From a virus: DNA of 64,000 nt. Below are positions 56,501-64,000 of the stretch, piece after piece. The notes below the pieces were generated by a model that had not been told where the DNA came from, ran no database searches, and saw only the letters and a program-made list of their open reading frames with translations. The DNA is taken from positions 32,001 through 96,000 of the IMG/VR virus record IMGVR_UViG_3300028388_004019. One strand, 5' to 3'. The stretch's first letter is position 1. Each line of letters starts with the position of its first letter. The translations under genes were made by a program, and so were the position numbers.

Positions 56501-59500
56501 TAATTGGACTACTCGTATTAGAGTACACCAAACCATCTTTATAAAGAACTATTTGATATGGTAGTGAGGTTGAATCACCACTTACTTTAATATATCCATT
56601 CTCTGAACCACAAGTTGTACCAGAAAAATCAATATCAGTAAGAATACATCCATCGATATTAACATTGACGTAAATTTCATTGTTTGAATCACCCAAACTA
56701 TCATTAAGTCTGAAAGTATAAGTACCGGCGGAAAGTCCTGTCCAAGTGAAAGGCTGATTTGATGTCCCACCTGTCAATGTACCAGGTAGAATATTATCAA
56801 TAGTATATGGTGGAACACCCGCAAATGGAGAAATAGTTATAACACCACCATTTGCATCTTCACAAGTTCCTGTCACCGAGAAATTATAATCTAAATCTCC
56901 TTGGTCACAATTCTGAGTCATTGGTGTACCGTTAAGTGAAATACCTGAATAAGGTTGTGATGGGTCTAATGGAACTATTTCTCCCACACTTTGACCTGAA
57001 CGGTAAAAACCACAACAATCAGTATAATGATAAGTACCATCTGTCACACCTTCTACACAACTACCACTATCTGAAGGTGAAGGTGTTGGTGTCAAAGTAT
57101 TTGTTGGAGTGACTGATGTAGTCACCGATGGTGTGTAAGTCGGTGTGTAAGTTGGTGTAACAGATGGGGTAGGTGTAGGTGAAGGACAAATACAAGGAGC
57201 GGTATCACAAATATTTTCTGTCAACGCACTGAAATCAAGTGTGATAACAGCACTTCCCGAAGTTTCACTATCGAATGTATAACAAGTTCCAGTATATGCG
57301 TATCCATAACCTTGAGATAGGTCGGTAGATTCAAGGAACACATCCAATCTTTCAGCAACAAACGCCTCAGTAAAACCAGTAACAGTAGGGTCTACATTTA
57401 CCCCAAAGTTTTTGAGTCCAGGTCCATTTTGGTATGATGAGTCCAAGTTTTGGTAAGCAGTTGTTGCTGTAAATGCAGAAAATACATTTATACTCGAAAG
57501 ACCTAGCAGATTTAAATTTTCAGGACCAACTGAAGTGATAGGTTCACCATATTTACTTAGATATTCTGTAGCATTAATAGTCTCACCTTCAACAATTCCA
57601 ACAACATGAGGGACAAAACCTTTTCGTGAATCAGCATCATCAATAACAGGATAAACTAAAGAGTCTATTCTACCGTTTTGCTGTTTGATATCCTCCCAAA
57701 CCTTTAAGTATTGTTCATAATCGTACTCTACTCTATCAGTAGTGAGGTTATTAGGTGTAGTTGCAGTCCAAGTATTACCAATAAGGTTAAATGGGTTAGA
57801 CACCAATGTACTATTATTCGTAAAATCACCATGATAAAGACCAACTAAACCGTCAGCCTCATCAATAATATTAATAACAATATAATTTGTATCACCACCA
57901 TTAAATGTACCTGACCCTGACTCGTCTGTAGTTGTCAAATTACTATGGTTGAACGGCACACCCTGTGAACGTGTATCATTACTACCTGTATTTAAGTCTA
58001 AACCCCTGTTAATTCTTTGATAGACGGTCGTATCATCTCTAAACTGTGTTTTTCTCGGAACACACTTACCATTATCATTAGCCTTACACCAACGTGAGTC
58101 ATATTCAGAATATGTCACACCATTATTCAAAGAACTGTATTCAACGACCGATGTCGAATCACTTAAAGTTCCACCCGTCATCGAACCCAAATATGGATAT
58201 GACATCCACCATATCCAGTTCTCACCATTACGAGAGTTATCACCAACAATACCCTCATATAAACTACCTAATTCAGAAGAATTTGAATTAAACCAACTAC
58301 GAATCGATTCCGAAGCACCAGAAGCAGTTGCGGAATCTAATGAAGTCCCATCATAGAATACATAAACATTTGGAGGGCCCGGCACATTTACATCAACAAT
58401 AATACTATCGGAGGAATCACAACAAGCAGTCATAGACCACGTTTCTGTAGAGGAACCCGGTGTCGAAGATGGTGTTGGGGTAGGAGTATTCGATGTAGTT
58501 ACTGTAGGACCAGGGGTATATGTCGGTGTGTAAGTTGGTGTAACAGATGGGGTAGGTGTCGGTGAATCACACGGTGGACATTCACCATCTTCACAACCAA
58601 CCGCCAAAACAGGATTACCAACACCAGAATAAACATAAGAAGGACCCGAACCTGAATAAGTTACGGCCGTTGCACAAACACCATTCGTACCATCAAAATT
58701 ATAATTATAAGTTTGACCGATAACAATATTAGTCGTACCCGTATAACCACTAAAAATGAAATATCCTCCACAACAATCCTCGAATTGATAATCATTACTT
58801 GATGAAGAGGTTGTTACCGTTGGAGTTACCGTTGGAGTTATCATTGGGGTAGGTGTAGATGTTTCCGAAATTGAAGGCGTAGGTGTAGGGGTAGGTGCAG
58901 ATGTTTCCGAAATTGAAGGTGTTGGTGTAGGGGTAGGTGCACTACACAATGAATCGGAACAACCACCAGGAATTTCTGTACTTTGGGAATCAACAACATA
59001 TCCGTTGAATGTTACAGTCGTTGCAGTGGCATTAACATTAGTATAACACCCATCAGGAATATCAGAAACATTTTCGATTTTATATACGTTTCCAGAAACA
59101 GGTGGTCCACCAAAAGCTGTGTCATATTCACCTTGTCTTGTTCTATAAAGGTCATCACCATTACAGGGTTCGAAATAGTAGTAATCCAAACATGGTGTCT
59201 CTCCGGTACAAGAATTACACATCACCTCACCTGATGGTGTATAATAACCATCTATAGTACCTGTAATAGTATAACCAGTAGTGATTTGTGTATATGCACC
59301 AACACACTCTCCATTTATGGTAACACCTGTATTTTGTTGTGGACCTAATGACCCCCTAATGTTACCATTCAATGTATCTGCAGTGAAGACATACACACTT
59401 TCGTCACAACACGACGCAGCACTATAGTATAGTATATCATTACCAGTACCACCAGTACAAGCACCACAATTGTCGTAAGCGGTAACAATCGTGTTACCAT

Positions 59501-60251
59501 TATTACCCGTATAAGGCCTAAAACAAATATTTCCTGGAGTAAAACACGCATTATAGTTAGTCAAATACGCAGTATCCTTATCTAATGCATTACCATCAAC
59601 ACTAATATTAGTAACATCAATATTACACGTAGATTCTTCATCTGTCAATCCATATGTGTAACCATCACCATTAGTGTTATAATAAGATATTGCACCCGTA
59701 GCACTAAATGGGATATCGTTACCACCACAAGGGTTTTGGTCAGTATTCGCAACATCGAACAATGTCAAGTTTCCTCCAAGCCAATTCCAAAATTCCGAAG
59801 AACTTGCGGACCCAAAAACCCAACCCGTTTCGTAGGTGTCACCATTACTATCGATTCTATCCTTTCTAGAGTCTTGAATGTAATTTGTATCAGAAAAATA
59901 GACATCACCATTGAGACCTAATAGGTGATTTTGTCGGTATAAATTGACTAATGCGAAAGTCGGTACCTCCATCCCTGTGGGTGGAAATCCTGACGAACTA
60001 CCACCATGATAATCATCATTTTTCATGGTGTAATCAACCGATTGATTAGGCGTTGTACCGTCGTAGGTTACAGACCAATATCTATGTTTGAAATTGTTGA
60101 AAAAACTATATGTACCACCAGTGAAATATTGTAAGTTTGTGTCGTCGGTAGCACCTGAAAGACCCGTATCCCACTGAATATAGTAAGTATCACCCGTATA
60201 GGTAGAACTCGCGGAAGTTCTTTGTTTGATTACAAAATAATAACTAGACAT
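53547..60251 (-). CDS. large (2234 aa) modular protein with Cys-rich modules, several SprB-like repeats and PT tracts
   Basis: SprB-like units such as [45 protein letters not shown], plus CC modules and a C-terminal PT tract. Confidence 0.85.
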   Translation of the reverse strand: [2234 protein letters not shown]

Positions 60252-63190
60252 TATCCACAGTTAATTGTTACGTTTATACCCACATTCAAGGTGATAGTCT
60301 TATCAGTAAATGATGGGTCACAACCCGTATTACTGAATGTGATGGTGTTACCATTAATAGAGTAATTCAAACCATCTTGATATAAATACTGAAAGTGTGC
60401 AATTGCAGCGTTCAACCATTCCGTATTCGAAGGGGCATCTGCATTACCATAACCAGTATAAAACTTCTCTTGTACGAGAATATCTGAATCCAATCGTAAA
60501 TCAATATACCATTCTGTCACCACACTATTCAAATCACATTGTGAGGTTGTAAAACCACTCGAAGAAACAATAGAGTTAATTTGTTGAGACAATATTTGAT
60601 TAAAAGTATTAGAAGGATAGAAATTACAGTCCACAGTTTGAGTAGCACAATTGTATTTCCATAACGGACCTTGAATCTCACAAGGAACACAATCAATCTC
60701 AACTATTTCACAACCCCTCTGTACCCTATAAACATGATTTTGTCTATGGAATACAGCGTTTTCCATTCTCTGACCACCATTCCATAAAGTTGAAGCAGGT
60801 ATGACTTGTTCAACCAATCTCATCCAATAGTCACCGATGCCATTAACATAATCAATCATCTTTTGGTAAGTGTATCGATTTGATGGTATGTTTACATCTT
60901 GTTGAGAATTTAAGTATTTCCAATATAAAGAGGCTAAAGTCAAGTAACCACCATTACTTGTCTGTCTATTACGAACATTAATCATGTTCTTATAGAATGA
61001 TTGAGCAAACTCAAAGAATGATTTGTCTTTTGGTCTTGGATTTATAACTGTCCAATCAATACCTCCAGGTGTTGGATAAGGTGAAGTCAATCCCGTGGCA
61101 GGAATAGGATAATTTTGGTCCCTACTCATTTGCCAAACGTCATATGTAAGACCTTGACCCATATTCATGAACAACTCAATATTTTTTCTATTCAATACTA
61201 ACCTCTCATCCACAACGTTATAATCTGATGTGAACTCACCAGTACCCTTTCTAACCCCTAAGTTGGTATCCGTCCATGATTTTTTATTATCATTGACAGA
61301 TGTAAGTTCATAACCCAATCTCATATTAGGAAAATCACGGAATTTATTAAAATACTTCTCCCCATAAGTGTATGGTTCTAAAGATGTTTGAATATTCGGA
61401 TTCGAACCCGTGAAATTGGAGTTTACCACATCAATAGTTTCATTTGCTCTGTGTTGTGGTGTTTGTTCAAACCAACCTGAACCCATTTCATAGTAGTATG
61501 AGTCTGTTTCAGGGACCACTCTTGGGTATCCTTCATCATCCATTGGGTAATCACCCCTTACTTCCTCAGTAAACGTAGTAACTGACTGTGGTGTGAAGGC
61601 AGTATAGGTAACTCCCTTGATTTTGTAGGTACTGTTAGGTACTAAGACCGGTAAAATGTCTAATTTTGTACCACCAGTCACTTCTGAAAGTTCTCTATTG
61701 AATTCTGTAAGATTAATTGGTCCATCAGCCATATAAATGGTCTCATTGAACTCAACCAATGCTTTGGGAGCACCAATCATTCTCATCAAAAACTCCAAAC
61801 CCGCTCGTGTACCCTTAGATTTGTATAGATAACCTGAATTTATGATTAGTTTTCTATAATATTCGTAATCTAACTCTTGTGGGGTCTTGTCACGAGTCTG
61901 ACCAGGGTAAATCGATTGATTTTTTGTTCCAAATATTGACGTTAAGAAGTCATCTTCCGTAATTGGTGATATGTTGATGTCAAAACCTAATGTCTGTGCT
62001 AGATTCTTTAGTAAGACCGAAGGAATATCATTCTTTGGATTGTAATTTACTGAGTTAATGTACGCTAATCCATCGATAAACTTCTTTGTCTCGTCAAAAC
62101 TCCTACCATAAATTTGTAAAACCTTCTCCATCTTTTGGTCACCAGTATCGAAGTCTTTGAATGCCCCTGTGACCAAGAATCTACTGATTAGGTTCGTCTT
62201 ATATCTGTCCATAACCTCTGAAATCTCGTTGATTTTGTTCAGATAGTTTTCATATGATACCGTTTGTATATCTAAATTCCATAACCCTTTAATTGGCCAT
62301 GTGATGTTTTCGACTGAAGTGTAGTACCTACCCGAATCATCTTCTCTCGGTACTCTGAATAACGCAGTATATTTAGGAGTGACTAATCTATTCAACAAAA
62401 ACTTTTCGACTTCATCAAAAGAGTCTTCAAAAATTTCTTCAGTGTAAAATTTGTTTGGTCTCAATATGATATTTTCGGTTGACGATGTTGAATTGCCGAA
62501 AGGCTTACCTTGTACAACCACATCTATAGTCCCTGCGGATAGAGAGACCGACGGTGTAAAATCTTGAACTTTATATTCAGTCTCACCAGTACCAACAAAT
62601 AATGAATACCTGAGGAACATCCTTGTCAAGTTTCTATATGGTGAAGTCTCCATTGGTCTGAGAGACATATTTCTATCGGCATTTTCACTAAAATCAATAT
62701 CGAATGGATTTTTAATTCTACCAACGGATACGGTGAACGTGGTTTCATCATCAACCACATCATAAGACACATTGCTCACCGTATTTGCCGTTGTATAGTC
62801 AGTAAAAACCCTATCAACCTCCAAAGCTGCGGGAAAAAAATTAATTATCCTCGTTATTGAAGATGAAAGTCTTTTTTGTAAAGAACCATAATAAGAAAAA
62901 TTAGTAACCACTGATACATCATAATTGGGGTATACTCCGAAATTACGAGCCCATATCTTTTTAGATTCCTCTAAATTTTCTAAATCCATATTCTCCAATG
63001 TAAAGGGATTGGAGAAAACACCCGTCTCAAAGGTACGATTAACCTTTTCAACTACGGAAGTAGTAAATTCAAAATTTCCTTGCGTTAAACCACCACCATC
63101 AACAAGCTGAAAGCCCACCAAGTCTGGTGAGAATGTTTCTGCTCCTGAAGGCGGTGCCGGTGGAAATCTGTATTTTTTTCTACTTGCCAT
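60251..63190 (-). CDS. putative baseplate or tail structural protein (979 aa)
   Basis: LLKNLAQTLG...YYRKLIINSGYLYKSKGTRAGLEFL resembles the KGT motif of baseplate/tail-formation proteins; structural gene context. Confidence 0.6.
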   Translation of the reverse strand: MASRKKYRFPPAPPSGAETFSPDLVGFQLVDGGGLTQGNFEFTTSVVEKVNRTFETGVFSNPFTLENMDLENLEESKKIWARNFGVYPNYDVSVVTNFSYYGSLQKRLSSSITRIINFFPAALEVDRVFTDYTTANTVSNVSYDVVDDETTFTVSVGRIKNPFDIDFSENADRNMSLRPMETSPYRNLTRMFLRYSLFVGTGETEYKVQDFTPSVSLSAGTIDVVVQGKPFGNSTSSTENIILRPNKFYTEEIFEDSFDEVEKFLLNRLVTPKYTALFRVPREDDSGRYYTSVENITWPIKGLWNLDIQTVSYENYLNKINEISEVMDRYKTNLISRFLVTGAFKDFDTGDQKMEKVLQIYGRSFDETKKFIDGLAYINSVNYNPKNDIPSVLLKNLAQTLGFDINISPITEDDFLTSIFGTKNQSIYPGQTRDKTPQELDYEYYRKLIINSGYLYKSKGTRAGLEFLMRMIGAPKALVEFNETIYMADGPINLTEFNRELSEVTGGTKLDILPVLVPNSTYKIKGVTYTAFTPQSVTTFTEEVRGDYPMDDEGYPRVVPETDSYYYEMGSGWFEQTPQHRANETIDVVNSNFTGSNPNIQTSLEPYTYGEKYFNKFRDFPNMRLGYELTSVNDNKKSWTDTNLGVRKGTGEFTSDYNVVDERLVLNRKNIELFMNMGQGLTYDVWQMSRDQNYPIPATGLTSPYPTPGGIDWTVINPRPKDKSFFEFAQSFYKNMINVRNRQTSNGGYLTLASLYWKYLNSQQDVNIPSNRYTYQKMIDYVNGIGDYWMRLVEQVIPASTLWNGGQRMENAVFHRQNHVYRVQRGCEIVEIDCVPCEIQGPLWKYNCATQTVDCNFYPSNTFNQILSQQINSIVSSSGFTTSQCDLNSVVTEWYIDLRLDSDILVQEKFYTGYGNADAPSNTEWLNAAIAHFQYLYQDGLNYSINGNTITFSNTGCDPSFTDKTITLNVGINVTINCG

Positions 63191-64000
63191 TAACTAATTA
63201 CATTATTGAAATTCTTACTGAAATCGATATTATCACCTCTATCTTGACGAACCTCAAATAATAGATTATTAAACTCATCTCTAATCTCGAACAAGTTGTA
63301 TTGTTTGTAGATGTTGTTAGATGGGTCATAAAGTGTGTAAATACCATCCTCGAGACTCTTAGTTTGATTACCATAAAGTGCAATCGCAAGAGTATCGATA
63401 TCGTGTTCAGCCATTTCAATATCTAATGTAATTGGGTTAAAATACGTATTAGTAATGATAATATTCTGATTTGGTTGACCGATAAATGGTGTTGCATTTG
63501 GTTTGTTCGACGGCGCACTCGATGGTGACAGTGTACAGAACAATAAGTCACTACCATTTTCAACATAACGATAACGGATAGTCTTTTGTGAACTGTTTGT
63601 TAGGTTTGTAGTCACAGGCTCACAATAGAAGGATGAAGTAATTATCCTATAAAAATTAGGTACCTTCGTTCCACTGTCATTTAAGTATTCCACTCTAAAA
63701 CCAACCAATCCTTGTGCAACAAATTTGTTACGGAATTGAGGGTCAACATTATTTAAATCAATGATAATACCTTTTACATTCGGAAGTGCTGACAATACAC
63801 CACAATCAGTGATTGTTGTTCTCATCTCAGCAGGACGAATATATAAAGTATAAATCCCTGTTTGATTAAACTCATTGGATGGTAGTCTTAAATTATACAT
63901 TCCACCCAATATTTCATTTGTATTTCCACCTGTTTCGTTATTGTGGAAATAAGGCGTCAATATAGAAGCCGCATCTAATTTTTTTAGTACAAAATCTTCA
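63190..64000 (-). CDS. 5'-partial putative structural protein (start lies beyond the window)
   Basis: The frame stays open from the window edge (EDFVLKKLDAASILTPYF...) to TAA at 63190; the track's TTG start at 63960 is internal. Confidence 0.75.
   Translation of the reverse strand, partial: EDFVLKKLDAASILTPYFHNNETGGNTNEILGGMYNLRLPSNEFNQTGIYTLYIRPAEMRTTITDCGVLSALPNVKGIIIDLNNVDPQFRNKFVAQGLVGFRVEYLNDSGTKVPNFYRIITSSFYCEPVTTNLTNSSQKTIRYRYVENGSDLLFCTLSPSSAPSNKPNATPFIGQPNQNIIITNTYFNPITLDIEMAEHDIDTLAIALYGNQTKSLEDGIYTLYDPSNNIYKQYNLFEIRDEFNNLLFEVRQDRGDNIDFSKNFNNVIS

Noticed and set aside
1-64000. Alternative genetic code or stop-codon readthrough
   Set aside because: Code 11 gives dense, full-length ORFs, with TAA, TGA and TAG all used as coupled gene ends. 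The sbcC break is a frame change, not an in-frame stop.
1-64000. Eukaryotic giant-virus origin suggested by GT60, PLOD-like and mucin-like genes
   Set aside because: The sigma70 factor, DnaG-type primase, amidase, bacterial promoters and terminators, and operon-style gene overlaps indicate a bacteriophage.
1-64000. tRNA, rRNA, integrase, transposase or reverse transcriptase/DGR elements
   Set aside because: Intergenic gaps are too short for structured RNA genes and no such protein motifs were seen; a tRNAscan or Infernal run would confirm.

Overview
This 64-kb window looks like part of a large (jumbo-type) tailed dsDNA phage genome. The host is probably a Bacteroidota member, based on TTTG-N20-TAnnTTTG promoters, SprB-like repeats and a DUF6576-like tail. 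Standard code 11 fits, coding density is very high, and almost all genes lie on the minus strand. I saw no rRNA, tRNA, CRISPR array or IS element. Left part (1-19.2 kb): probable head or lysis proteins, a sigma70-family factor, an AT-rich methyltransferase plus PD-(D/E)xK nuclease cassette bounded by exact 34-bp direct repeats, dCMP deaminase, SbcC/SbcD-like genes, two PLOD-like 2OG-Fe(II) dioxygenases, a Cas4-like nuclease, primase, a sulfotransferase and RuvC. Right part (19.2-64 kb): a virion-structural region with four very large Thr/Pro-rich mucin-like proteins (up to 3120 aa, the largest with an N-terminal Hint domain) and three fibre-like proteins. A glycosylation cluster sits inside this region: a GT60-like polypeptide GlcNAc-transferase, a carbamoyltransferase, two HtrL/YibB-like domains and a FkbM methyltransferase. 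The most interesting hypothesis is a phage-encoded mucin-type O-glycosylation system that decorates giant virion appendage proteins. Three apparent lesions need read-level checking: a 10-aa deletion in sigma region 2.3, a frameshift in sbcC and a 60-aa methyltransferase-like remnant. All family assignments come from motif recognition by eye, not database searches.
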